Part shown: in pieces, positions 51,601-64,000 of the stretch
How positions within the stretch are numbered: the first letter of the stretch is position 1
How the letters are laid out: each line of letters starts with the position of its first letter
Assembly (NCBI GenBank): GCA_030141605.1
Contig: JAQGDQ010000003.1
Coordinates: 2,170,001-2,234,000, forward strand
Reading direction: 5' to 3'
Source of the DNA: Tubiluchus corallicola
Taxonomy: Eukaryota; Animalia; Priapulida
DNA: 64,000 bases
Notes under the pieces: model-generated
The model's database searches: none
What the model saw: only the letters and a program-made list of their open reading frames with translations
Told to the model about the DNA's origin: nothing
Translations under genes and position numbers: made by a program

Positions 51601-53909
51601 AGTATTATGCTTGTAACAAGCTGATTATTATTTATCTATTTTTGGCATAATGACTATCTTGTAGAAATATATAAACTATTAGTTGGTCCTGCCCTGCTGG
51701 CTACTGTTACAAGCTTATGATAGAGCTACAGCTTGGTGATCATTGAAGCATGAACTAATATATGTTGGCTTTGAGCAGTGATTCATGTTAAGCCAGTCTT
51801 GACAGAGCCCGCCACATGCTCTGGTTGTGTTGTTTTTCGATGTTGGTATTCTTACCTGGACTCTACCATTTGGGATAGTGTCACCACTGAGGTTTGTCAC
51901 TGTATGGACAGACAGTGTTTGGTGAGGCACCTTTACATTGCTTACAAGAACTCAGGTATGCATACCCTCTTATGTTGCCTTAAGAGACAAGTTTACTTCG
52001 GGAGTTCAACTTACGAACTAATGGTGGTAATAGTTAAACTAATTAGTCTTCATAAGTACGCTGCTCATGTAATGTGTTGCTGAATGCTGAGTTCACACTG
52101 GACTGTGTTCTTCCTCACAACTTTTATCTCCGACAACTGGAAATGACTCTTTAATGTTACGTTCTAGCGCAGAAGTTTACTCATCTGAAAACTGTGTGTG
52201 GGACTGATATGCCAAGCAGCAGCCAGCTTCCCTTTGTTTTATACTAACCTGATTGTATTTTTGATATTTGCTGATTGATATGTTGTTTAAATAAGTATGC
52301 AGACTTTATACCACAGTTTTTGTTTTTTCATTTACATTACTATCACAGAAATGGTTGATAACATAAAGAAAAACTGAAGTGTGTTTCAAAGTCAAAATTA
52401 CACTGGTGAGTTCCCACTATTCTGAATTATTTATTAATGCTAAAATTCCATGGTTGATCCCTGGTCTCCATGTTCTGACCCCCATAGTACCATCAGCCTT
52501 AAAGCTCGCGGCATGAAGATTTAGGATTAACAAACCTAAAGTCACTTTGAAGATTATGCTCATGTATTATTTACATATATCAAGTAAAGTTTTTGCCCCA
52601 GACCAGAGCTATCTTGTTACAATGCTATTAAGTAAGGATGATATTTTTATGCGGTTTGAAGGGAGTGAATACCTGGTATATGACTATGGAAATTGTTCCA
52701 CAATTTGACGCCATTATAATTGATGATGATGATAATAATAATCACAGGGTTGGTGATGATATTTATAATTATGGCAAATGTGGTAAAAATCTTCATTGGA
52801 ATTTTCGACGAAAAAGATGCAACCAATGCAAAACGCAAATTCTGTTAGTAGTGAATAATATGCCAAAAATTAATTATAGCTGTGGTAGTGACAGCAACAA
52901 GGAAGATCACAATAATGATGGGGGGTGATAATGATGATGATTGATGATGAAATCTGTGATTCAAATATATGACTAATGATCAATATAAATTGTGACAAAC
53001 AAAATTCCTTCTCTCTCGTGACATTCTTTGTAGCTTTGTGTGACTGCAGTTACATCACAAAAGCAAATTATGATATGTATATAGTAATGATAAAATTTAT
53101 AATAATGACAATGACAGCAACAGCAGCAATAATGGCACCCACAGCAACAAAAACCAAGATAACCAATATAAAACTCAGTATGAGGGACTTGAATTGAATG
53201 TAGCTAAATTACTTGAACTGCCAACAAGAAGTTAACAGTAAGTTTTGTAACTTTCCAAAAAGAGTAATCTTAATATTTTAAAAAGAATGGTTTCCTAATT
53301 AATCTCATCCATATGCAGAGCCTCTTATTTCACCACTAATTTTAAATCCAATCAATATTGTTCTTGCAACAAACGTTTCTTTTGTTACTATGGCATAATG
53401 AAATACTGTTCAAGTACAGATTAAAGAAGATAATGGCAGTTAATAAAGCAAGACACTATTTGAAAGTTGTATGAATGATATGTACTATTTTATACTAAAT
53501 TATTGGTAAATACAAGAACTGGAGCTTTGGAAATAAATGACAATCCGTTGCATAAATGGAATGGCTGAATAGGATAAAATTTGTGGATGTGGCTCAGTGT
53601 TCAAAACTTTGGAACATGTGTTGTTGCACTACATTTTTTGTGAAAATGAGAGACGATGGTTGTTTAGGTGCATGTTTCAGATGGAAGTGTGTGAGTTGGT
53701 TATTATATTGTTTCAAAAGATTGATTGTGGCAAAAAATCTTAGTGATATAATGAAGAGATATCGTGAGACTGGAAAATTAGTAAAGTGGTTTAAATTTAT
53801 TTATTTTGTTAGCCGCGTAACAGTCTTGCACTGCTCACCTTGCTACTTAATGTCACTTGATACTGTGATTATTAGCACTTCGTACATTACCTGTTAAACT
53901 GAAACTTTT

Positions 53910-55633
53910 GCACCAGGGCAAAAATGGAAGGTTTTGAAAAAAGTCACAAATCTTCATAACAGAGAAGATAGCAAAGGAATATTCATTAATGCAGGAACGC
54001 CAGCAGAACATTAAGCTTGTTAAAGAGCTGAAGGAAAGACGTAAAAATGGTCAATTTGTTAAAATATCTAATGGAAAGATTCTGGTTCTTGATAGTTAAA
54101 AACCTGACTATCTAGTTCATTCTAGTATGACTGAAGCTAGTGATTCGTCTATTTCTGTAGCGAGCGATGAATTGCAAGATACTCAGGATTTCCCACTTGG
54201 TTCTACTGATGTTCAGAGACTGTCAGTTGAATCTATTAAGGTCAAGAGACCTTCACACAATTCTATCTCTGAATTTTCAACTGTGCAGTCCGTTGAGGCA
54301 AAGAAAGGTAGTGTGTTAGGTGATATTTCTGGCTATGTTACTCCTAAGCTGTCACATATTAAATCTGTTATTAGCTTAGGCCTTGACTTTCAGACTCCTC
54401 GTAATAATTGACAACTGTCTGTGAAGTCTAATTCTGTATATAATGTAAATACATTTACTTGCTTATACACTAATGCAAGAAGTTTAAATTCTAAGTTTCA
54501 TGAACTGGTTGCTCTTGTTGACATATATAACCAACTTATTTTAGGTATATCTGAAACTTTGTTCAATGAAAAGAAAGATTTATCTGAATTTTGTTTATCG
54601 GGTTTGCATAAACCATTTCGTCAAGATCGTCTTGATACATAGGATGGTAGTGGTGGTGGCGTTGTGTTATATGTGAGTACTGAGCTTGTAGCACAACAGA
54701 TTTTTCCTGCTGACGCTGAGAATTTTACTAATTCCGTATGGGTTGAAATTCAGCAAAGGCAATAAAAGAAATGTTGTTATTGGGTGAGTATACCGATTTC
54801 CTAATTCTAATGAAATAAAATTTAATGATTCTATGCTCTTTAATATTTTAAGCAATCTTGATTCTAAGGAAGTTATTATATTTGGATATTTCAATTATCC
54901 TGATATTAATTGAGAATGTTTGACAGCCTATTCTAAATCATCTTCTGATTTTCTGAATGCTACATTAGATGGTTTCTTTATTCAACATGTAAATTTTCCT
55001 ACATGTGATAAAAACATACTTGATTTAATATTCTCAACCAATGAGAATATTATTAGTGACGTTCAGTATGTTGGTAAGCTTGGTAGTAGTGATCATGTTT
55101 TTATTAGTTTTCAAATTGCTCTTGCTAGGGAGTATAATAGTTCTTCGCTTTTAGTTCCTCATCTAGAATACCGTGTGCAGCTTTGGAATCCCCATTTATC
55201 AGGAAGATATATTGCTAATGGAAGGTGTACAAAGGTGTGCTACAAGAATAATACTAGATTGTAAAAATTTGGAAAGATTAAATTATTGTAGTTTGACCAG
55301 GCTTGAATTAAGAAGAAACCGTGGAGGTCTTATTGAAGTTTATAAAATATTAACTCGAAAAGAAAACATTTTGCCCAAAAAATTTCCATAATTTAGTTGT
55401 TGATTCTGGAACTAGAGGACATAATTTAAAACTGTTTAAAGAGCGGTCTCGTCTTGAGATTCGTCAATATTCATTTTATGTGAGAGTTCCTAATGAATGG
55501 AATAATCTGCCTGGATTGCCGCACCAACCACAGTAAAGTTTAAATCGTTAATCGACAATTATTTTGCGGAAAAATATGGGGTTTCTATGAGTGTACTTGC
55601 TTAACCCCTGATCATGACAGTGTAATGGTATAA
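53910..55633 (+). mobile_element. Second CR1-group LINE, related to 46783-50519, with the RT core deleted
   Basis: ORF1 remnant PGQKWKVLK...KLVKELKERRK; APE motifs YTNARSL, GISET, NILDLIF, GSSDH; then jumps at about 55145 to the post-RT region PHLEY...MEGVQRCATRII...RRNRGGLIEVYKI. Confidence 0.9.
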
Positions 55634-57076
55634 CAGTAGGCACTGAACTGAATTGAAGAAAACTTTGTTTCAATTCAATTCAATTCAATTTCATTATATA
55701 TATATATACATATATATACATTATATATATATCTTGGTGGTAGTCTTTGAGTGCTGGATAAACATTGTGCTGTGATTGTATAATTTAATCTGGTTTGTGA
55801 TTATTTTAATTATATAGGTTTTGTGTTTTTACTAGTTCATTGTAGTTGTTGCATTAACTATTATTTCATAAGATCACATAATTTCTTATTAAATTTAAGT
55901 AGGCCATTTATGTAAATTGTAAAACTCATGTTTTTGCAGCATTGCATAATTTTATTTGCTATACTTTGAAATTGTACTTGTAGTTTAATTATTTTTTGTA
56001 ATTTTAATTTTTTGCCATGATACGGTTCGTATTTGTGCTATGAAATAAAATTCAATCGAATTGAGTTGAACTGAATTGAAGAAAACTTTGCTTCGCATTT
56101 TCCAATTACTGTTTAGCGCAGGCAGCAGTAATGGCGTCTTTTATCTTAGTGAAAACTGTCCGAGGTATGATATTATACTTGAACTAGTTTAATGTTTGTG
56201 TCCATGATTTTACGACCAATTAACATAATTTTATAGCATCGTGCTTTTGTTTCTTCTACTTTCTCGTAATCAGGGTTTGTCATCAGGGAGTTGAACAGTG
56301 GTCATGACCAACGGCGCGTCGCCGAAAAACTTCTGCACTGTAAAACTAGTAAAAGAAAATTGGAAGGCATGTAAAATACTGCAAATAGCAGATGAGATAC
56401 TGTAATATGTAATGTCTCGGGCCTTATAGATTCGGAAATTGGTCGCAGTAAATCCAGTTATTTACTTTATATAATGATGATTTTGAAATGGATTAACATT
56501 AAAATTCAAGATTCAGTGTTAGTCTTCTTGAATTTACAAGCTTAGTGATAATGGTATCAGTATTCAATGTTGTGCCCTTCACCACTTTACGGGTCTACCT
56601 AATTTGATTTACGTAGTTTTGGACGCGATAGACATAATTTTGAGCGTCCATTCACAAAACTGACGACATAGTCCGATGGACGTGGTCCATTTACTATTTC
56701 GATGAACTTGTTGCACGAAATTTTGGATGCAATGGACGTAAGTTGAGCACATGTTTGCTAAATTGATGGTCCTACGTAATCTTGGATGTGATGGACGTAA
56801 TTTCATGTATCCATTTGCTAAACTGAAGACCTATTCTGATGTTTTAAGTTGTCATGTCATGATATTATCTTTGTAGCTAGCAGTTATTAGCATTATTATC
56901 ACCTTAAATTTATGTTGGTACTAGTTTTTGCCCCATAGTAATTTAGCATAAACTTATGTAAATATTGTGTCATCCTACTAGAATATTTTGTTGCACTTGT
57001 CAAATTTATATTTTTGTATAATTATAAATTGTATTTCCTATGTATAATTGCCAATGTAATGGAAGGGTATTTGAGC

Positions 57077-57102
57077 AAATAAACTGAATTGAATTGAATT
57101 GA
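57077..57102 (+). repeat. AATAAA followed by (ATTGA)n, a retroelement-type 3' tail
   Basis: AAATAAACTGAATTGAATTGAATTGA; similar tails near 56043-56080 (plus) and 55671-55694 (minus). Confidence 0.5.
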
Positions 57103-58605
57103 CGGATCTGATCTGATACTATGCTTCAACGTACTGGATGTCCATTTGGTGTGTGTATTTGAATGCAATTTCTGTAATTTCAGGTGTTCATTCACTAATT
57201 AATTTAACTAAAAGAGATCGCTTAAACCTTGACATGGTGGGTTTAATGTTGAGGGCCAGCTGGACGTTAGTTAAATGTGATGGATTCTATATCACATCAC
57301 ATCTTGTTTAGTTTTTGCCTTGGAATTTTTATTTTAACTACGTTCATCACATCCATTAAATTAGTGAACGGATGTCCAATTTATGTCCATTGCATTCATA
57401 TTACGTTTGTCATGTTAATTCATTTAGAATTTGCCCCACTTTACTCATCTTTCATTGTTCTAATCCTTCAACCAAGTCTCACCTCTAATTCCAGTATATA
57501 TATATATATATATACGATGAAATCATTGAGAACAAATATAATTGTAAACTATTATACGATTGCAGTTTTGCTTAAATACGGCTTTATTGATCAGCAAAAT
57601 AGTTTTAATGGTTTTTTTGAAAGAAATAGGGCTGCTTTTAAAATACTTAGGACTAGAAACAAGGTGTACGCTTGCTCTTTTTTATGGGTGTTAACCCTTG
57701 AGAGATTGCATTTTTTAGTTTTTAATTTTCATTGAGGGCCGAATCTTTACTTTTTCAGAAAAAAATTACACCCGATCTTTGTGATTCTATAGTATTTGAT
57801 TTAAAGCATATGGAGCCTTCTACTTTGTAAAGATAAAAGTTGTAGCAATTTGAAGTGACTATTAGATTATGTTCATAAATTCGAGGTACAACAATTTCTT
57901 GAATTGCCGATTGAATAAATCACACATAGCAACTGCATTCAACAAAAAAATATCTAATTACTATGGTGAAGTTGCTGGAATATTAATCATCATCATATAC
58001 CATTTACGTCTATTTTAGATATTAGGCAGGAGAATTCTAAAATGAAATAAATCTGCCTTTAAGCCAACAATAATCCAGCAAAAAAACAGTCACTGCTATG
58101 CCAGTGGCTTGTCAGCACCACTTCCTACTTGTGAACATGATCAATGGCCAACAGTTTTATATTGAAATCTTCAATGGCAAGCCTATATTCAAATAAAATG
58201 GCTCTTATAAAAGCTTGAAATGGTCACTGTTTAATGCTGCAACTGCAACATTAACATACAAAACAAAATAAGCACAAGGAATGTAAAACTATACATAGTC
58301 CATACTCACAATTTTGCCAGTTTGATTTTCAAGCGCCACTTTATTCATCTCACATTTTTGTAAGACCAATCTCTTAAAGGTTAAATGATACAAAACCAAT
58401 GCAGAATCAATTTGCTTTAGGAAAGTTCTCGGATGCATAAAAATAAGCACACTTTCACTTCTATTTAATAGATTTTTTATGCAACAGTTATTAAAAAGTG
58501 GCTGAACAGTGCACTTTTATATAGAAAACACTAATTTCATATTTTGTGTTAACTGTAGTCAGAGACTCAAGAGCGCATAATTCATGTGATTTTTGTGGAC
58601 TTTTT

Positions 58606-61600
58606 TCAGTACTTGATTGCATCCGACTTACTTGTTTGTGTGGTCATGTGCCTTTTGGTAAAATATGTACAATATGATACAAAGCCAGATGAAACAAATG
58701 TGAACGAGAAAATGACCAGAAGCCCAAACTGCTGAGGATTGGGAAACAGAATGACAAGAAGAGACTTGAGCATATTCATTTGCATGTTCAGAGACTGTTG
58801 TACCCCAGTGACTATTCCGATCTTTGTTTCATCAACATTTTCTTGTAATATCTGTGTAACGGTGAGATCGATCATCCACAAACCTAAAAATATTAAAAAA
58901 ACGATTTGCTGCCACTACCTTTTGTCTTTGTTCTGATATGTACAAAACCATATTTCTAGAAAACAAGCCATTATGGAAATTACCTTTTTGGCATGCAATT
59001 TTGCAATATTTAATAGCTAAGTTACTTTTGAAATTATATTGAAACTGATTGCTCAGTTAATTATAGACAACCTAATTTTCAATATTGTTATTCGGGATAG
59101 ATTGATCTCACATTCATTTAAGTTTTTGAGACCAAGCATGCCTGAAAGGAAAAAATGTGGAAAAATCAGAACTTAGCCTGGATTTGAACATGGAATCTTT
59201 GAATTCCGGGTTCTGTTTCAGTCTCGATGATTTTCCAATCCTTCCTAGCGATTCATTCATTTGGGCGAAACCTTTCTAGGCACCTTACATTCTGCATTAA
59301 CATTTCTACAAGGACTAAGTTGAGTTGCAGTTCTATTTAATGGCCAAATAAAACTTGTTTGTTATTGTCGCATAAATGTGCATTGCAGTCTTGTAGGTAC
59401 TGCGAAGTGAGTTTAATTAGTTACCTATTCTAGCTGTAACTACACCAGTGAAGAACAAAGCCACGGATATCATTGATTCTGGAGGTGCAGATTTTATTTC
59501 TTCCCAAATTTGAGTGAAGCCATCTGTGGCTTCTGTGCTGCTTTGATTAACAGCTGTGGTTGTTTCAGTTGTATTTTCTGCTTTTGTAAATGTTGCTGTC
59601 AAGTCGAAGGAACTGCCTGGTGCCCACATTGATGCTAGGGACAATATCAGGCAGGCAATCTAACAATATAAATAAGCTTTGTGTTTAGATTTAGAAGTTT
59701 ATCAACAAATGTTGAACAGTTTGAATAAAAATTCATAACGATGTTAGAGTTAAATTTGTACATGGGTAACAATTAAAATATCTAGCCTTTTATGTGCAAA
59801 CATAGTAACGCTATTCGTATTAAGAACTAAGTCACCTGTCCAAGCAATGAAAATAAACCTGTCTTATCCAAGCCTATATGCTTTCTCAGAAGAGGAAAAA
59901 TGAATGTTCCTATAATTCCAGTAACTGCAGCAGCAGCATTGAGAATGCTAAGAAGAAATTCACTCAAGCCTTGGCTGTAACCATAACCTAAAATGTATTA
60001 AAATAACATGTGGAATGTCATTGCTTAGGCAGATACTATTCAGAGTATAAAGACGCCTGTTAAAAGCTATACGTATGTCTAATGAAGTCAGCTTTCATAA
60101 TGATGTTCAAAAGTCATTAATGTGTATTTATTTAATATGAAACAGATTACAAAATTACTTCTATGTGTGTATCACTCTTATTTTAGTTTAGTAAATGCAG
60201 ATGTTGTGTGGGTTGTTTTAAAAATTTAGAATACTGCTGTTTCCCTAGAGTTTGCTTTATTGACAAGGTATATTTCAGTAAAAGATATGCTTGGGATATT
60301 ATTCCATAGTGCTTGGTTTTTGCATGCAAATTTTCACTTTCACAAATGAGACAATCAAATGTCATTGTGACAATAATATTTAACTTCGAGTTTCTAACTT
60401 ACAATTAAAATATTTAAGTACCAATAGTGATATTGTCAAATCCCATAACTGTCATGTAAAGCAGTGCCAGTCCGGCTGGTGCTATGTAGTGATGAAAGTA
60501 TGTGCTCCAGTCTTTGAGTTTCTTACATTTGTTTCTTAAGCAGACTGGCTCTGAATAGATAAATAAACTCTTATAATAGCTATCTTACCGTAATTTGCCT
60601 TACAGGTTACATATGGTCTGTTTTTATTGGTAAAGGTCATGGGCGCCGCTACAGTTTAAAAAATTTAACGCATAAGCAGCTAGCGGGTCTGGTTAATGTA
60701 ATGGGGAGGGGTAATGTATTTTCCTGTACTTAAGCACATTTTGGAGGCCTCAAATGAGATCTAAATTCTGGTACATAGACTTCCTCAAATGCAGAAAAAT
60801 TCTGCTTTAATAAATATATTTTACCTAGGTTTACCTAGGTAATATTCATTGTATTTTATTGTAATCTTAAACCTTAAAAGCAAGTTCTTAATCTTTAAAG
60901 CAAGTTCGTAATACACTGCTGCAGATGACCTGTTACTTAACCTTAATTTATTTAGTGTCAAGATTATCTACCGAGCAAAATGTGGATAGTCAAACATAAA
61001 ACTGATTTGAGACTGTTAAATTTACAGTCCACCCACTTTACATACAAAATTTAATAAGTTGGGTGCCTGCTAATTTTGCCCACCAGGCGCAGCTAAACAG
61101 CAGAACATTTACTGCGTTTTAGAAAATTTTTGCTGTTGTCAGAAGCTGTTTCCTCAGGCAGGTTCACTTGTTTAAAACTAATTATTGTGAAGATAAACAC
61201 GGGTTGATGTGTTTCTTGGTTTACTGCTAAAAATTTTATTTAACCATGATTTTTTTTTAATTTAAGAATTTCTGTGGATGCGCATGCATCAGTGCATCCA
61301 CGTGCCAGCACCCGTGGTAAAGGTAATAGTAAGGTCAGGGTATTGTTCTTCTAAATGCCTGTGTGGTATGCTACATAAGTGTTGCAAATCAACAGTTTCT
61401 TGGTACTCTATGCAGCAGATGACTTTACTATGAAGCATGCCATATTCTGTGTTCAAACAGACCTGTTGTTGAGCCTTAAATTGCTTACCTTTTGAGTGCG
61501 ATTTGGCTTCTTTCTGTGGTATTTCTTGGTTATTATCAATTGTACCATATGTAAGTGACTGCGCGGAACCTGTTTCATCTTTGGTAGTTTGATAATCTGA

Positions 61601-62662
61601 GACTTTACCATATTTTTCATCTGAATCAGTTGTATATATTATAGTATCATGTTTTTAAAATCGGTGTTGTTGCATTGCAAAACTGTTACTGTTTACATGA
61701 AAACATTTTGCACTATGTTAAATATTACACAGTTCTAAAAAAAATTCAAGCACTTAGAAATGATGCCTGTCTTAATTATTATTAATTTTTTTTAAATCTG
61801 TTCAACACCTACCTTCCTTTCTAAGTTTCTTTGCAGCAAGTTTTGGTACCTTATTGAGCAGCTGCCGAAGAAGCAAGTACTCGACGAAAAAAGCAACAAT
61901 AAAATACACGGCTATAAAATAACATGCTACTTGCTGAGACACATATGTCATCAATTGAGCTGTAATTAGAGGTGCCACTATATTTGTTGTGAGGTCGATT
62001 CTTCGCATAATGGAATTGATATCTGAAATAAATATTTGATATCAACAGTGCATCGTTTGGAACAGAAACAGAAGTTTGTAATATTTAGATTATGCATTGT
62101 GCAATGGTCACTTTAAATCTGTCTAACTTCACATCTCACTGGAAAATTTCTAATAAATAGCCAGTAGTCTACCCAATTATTGAAGAAGAAAGCTCAATTC
62201 TGTAACAGGCTATGACCTGGCTAGTTTCTAGCTACACTATTAACTACTAATGTAGACATTACTAAGTCTATAACAACTGATCAGATTTGGAAGCCAATTC
62301 ATTTACTTATTAATTTTGCTATATTTATGTAACAAACTTGTGAGGTGGTATAAAAGCATTTAGCAATATGGTTGATCTTATCCAAAGTCTAATAAATCAA
62401 ACAAGAATGTTTAACTTACTGGACAGACAGTTTGTATCTTTATCTGCACACACTACTACCCAGTCCCATTGTATTGTAATGTTTATAGCTACCATGGCCA
62501 TTCCACTAATGTCTGCCAGCATGATTATCATAGTATCGCATAAAACATTTGCCCATCCATTCCAGGCTTGCTGAATTGTTTTGGGAAATTGCAGAAGCAG
62601 TACGATAATTGCAGAACAGATCACTAAGCTTGAATTCTGTATGAGAAGAATTGACCTAACAG
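58606..62662 (-). CDS. SLC40A1: Ferroportin (SLC40A1-like) homologue, 3' seven exons; 5' exons not found in the window
   Basis: Exons (minus): 62662-62420, 62022-61813, 61620-61489, 60550-60422, 59987-59836, 59659-59425, 58883-58606. GT-AG introns, phases consistent. Motifs [95 protein letters not shown]. Confidence 0.94.
59130..59275 (-). mobile_element. tRNA-derived SINE-like relic in a ferroportin intron
   Basis: Minus strand reads CCGGAATTCAAAGATTCCATGTTCAAATCCAGGCTAAGTTCTGATTTTTC, a B-box-like GTTCAAATCC in a tRNA-like head. No complete cloverleaf seen. Confidence 0.45.
60638..61316. mobile_element. hAT-like MITE in a ferroportin intron
   Basis: Imperfect TIRs CATGGGCGCCG and CAGCACCCGTG; perfect 8-bp TSD GTAAAGGT at 60630-60637 and 61317-61324. 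Confidence 0.8.
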
Positions 62663-64000
62663 CTGAAAAAGATGAAAAGGGAAGACTCTGAGAATTGGAA
62701 CAAAATTTTAAACTAAAACAGAAATTTATTTGATTATATCTGCATGACATGTTTTTGCTACAACAAGGTTCCCAGTGTGGGAGGAACGAATAAATTGTAT
62801 TCCAAGAAAGAGCTGCTTTTCATGGTAGTAAATGATGTGTGTGTTGCCTTGCCAAGTTTGTAAGTTCTTTTGATAACAAAGAATTCCAAAGCGTCGGCTT
62901 TTCCTTAGAGACCATAATGCTAGTTTTTAGTCAGCTCCAACAGGAACGGATGGTTAAAATAGGGGTCTGTGTACTTCTGTCAGTCCATTCGTTGTCCAGT
63001 GTGTACTATTAGTATTTTGCTTGTATTTCTACAATGAATGATCGGATCAACATGAAACTCAGACGAATAATTCTCTTGGACATGCCAAACAGCCTTCCAC
63101 AATAAAATTTGTGATTTTCAGTGTCTGTCTTAGTTATAGTTAATTAGTTAATTTTCAGAGGCCTAAAATTCTGAAGTTAAACATAAAACTAGTTGCAATA
63201 GTACGAGAGAAAAGCTAGTTGCGTACACTGGACAGAGGGATAGATGCCTGGATAGGACCCCTTTATAAGAGCTGGCATTATATTGTAATTTAAACTCAAA
63301 CCTATACCTACTGTGTACCTCTAAGTCTATTTGTTTTATCCAGCCAGTCTCCAATTAATGCCCCAAATAGCAGAACGCATCCTGAATTAGTAAAGCTATA
63401 TATGGCTGTTAAACGGAAGTTCGATTCCGGGTACAGAGCTACCAGATACACACCAAAAGCGAAACTCCACATTCGAAAGCCCTAAAATAAATGGATAAAA
63501 GGTCAGGGTGTTTACCCTGTTAAAGAGACACTTCATAGTTTTATTATTACTGCCACATTCTTGTTAGGGAACGACGATGCTTGCTTGCACAATGAACTCC
63601 ATCAAAGAGTAACTACCCCTTGTATTCCTAATTCTATAATTATTCTTTATTATCTTTTGCCAAACTTTATAAGCTTTTAAGAAATACAATAGGTCAGTAA
63701 TATATATTGTAAATCCCTAAAAATATTTTTTATTTACCCATGCTGAAACTGTATGACAACAAAAGAGAGGCCACAATTTTTTCCATTGTACTGAACCATC
63801 TTTTTTGTCATTGCTCTCCTTTTCTGTGATATTGGTATGTTCGTGTGCATCCTCTGCAAAATAGTAAAGTTCAAATTTGATTTAAATGAACATGGTTTGT
63901 GCTATACACAGATTTCAGGTTTATGGCCATGTATTATTAATTGATCAAGACTTGTTGCCTGCAGCCTTTTTGCAAGTTGTGGTCACAAAAAGTTTGTCTT

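Noticed and set aside
51034-53897. Several 60-113 aa ORFs between COX7C and the second LINE
   Set aside because: No domains, splice-consistent structure or compositional signal; region includes LINE UTR relics and (GAT/AAT)-rich low-complexity DNA.
63395-63460. GTTCGATTCC B-box suggesting a tRNA gene
   Set aside because: No cloverleaf or clear A-box can be built; at most a SINE fragment.
62663-64000. Search for upstream ferroportin exons or an IRE
   Set aside because: No segment encoding the expected N-terminal motifs (WGDRMW, GxWVD) found; treated as intron.

Overview
AT-rich, intron-containing animal (invertebrate-like) genomic DNA; the taxon cannot be fixed from the sequence. Four spliced genes were reconstructed by hand from GT-AG boundaries: ribose-5-phosphate isomerase RPIA (minus, 7 coding exons, 270 aa), an SLC22/Orct-like organic cation transporter (plus, 11 coding exons, about 595 aa), COX7C (minus, 2 coding exons plus a 3'-UTR exon, 70 aa) and the 3' seven exons of a ferroportin/SLC40A1 homologue (minus, 5' end outside the window). 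There is also an unrecognised 215-aa single-exon ORF at 11764-12411. Introns and intergenic DNA hold decayed non-LTR retrotransposons (two related CR1-group LINEs, one L2/CR1-like fragment, two RTE-like copies), several MITEs with TIRs and TSDs, SINE-like relics and simple repeats. Best leads: both CR1-group copies join ORF1 to an AUG-less ORF2 through an in-frame UGA-CA codon (possible readthrough) and share a covarying 3' stem-loop; the orphan ORF has an overlapping AUG-UAA start-stop element; SLC22 has a candidate poison exon and a same-loop double hairpin; the ferroportin has a divergent metal site 2. All family assignments come from motif recognition, not database searches.
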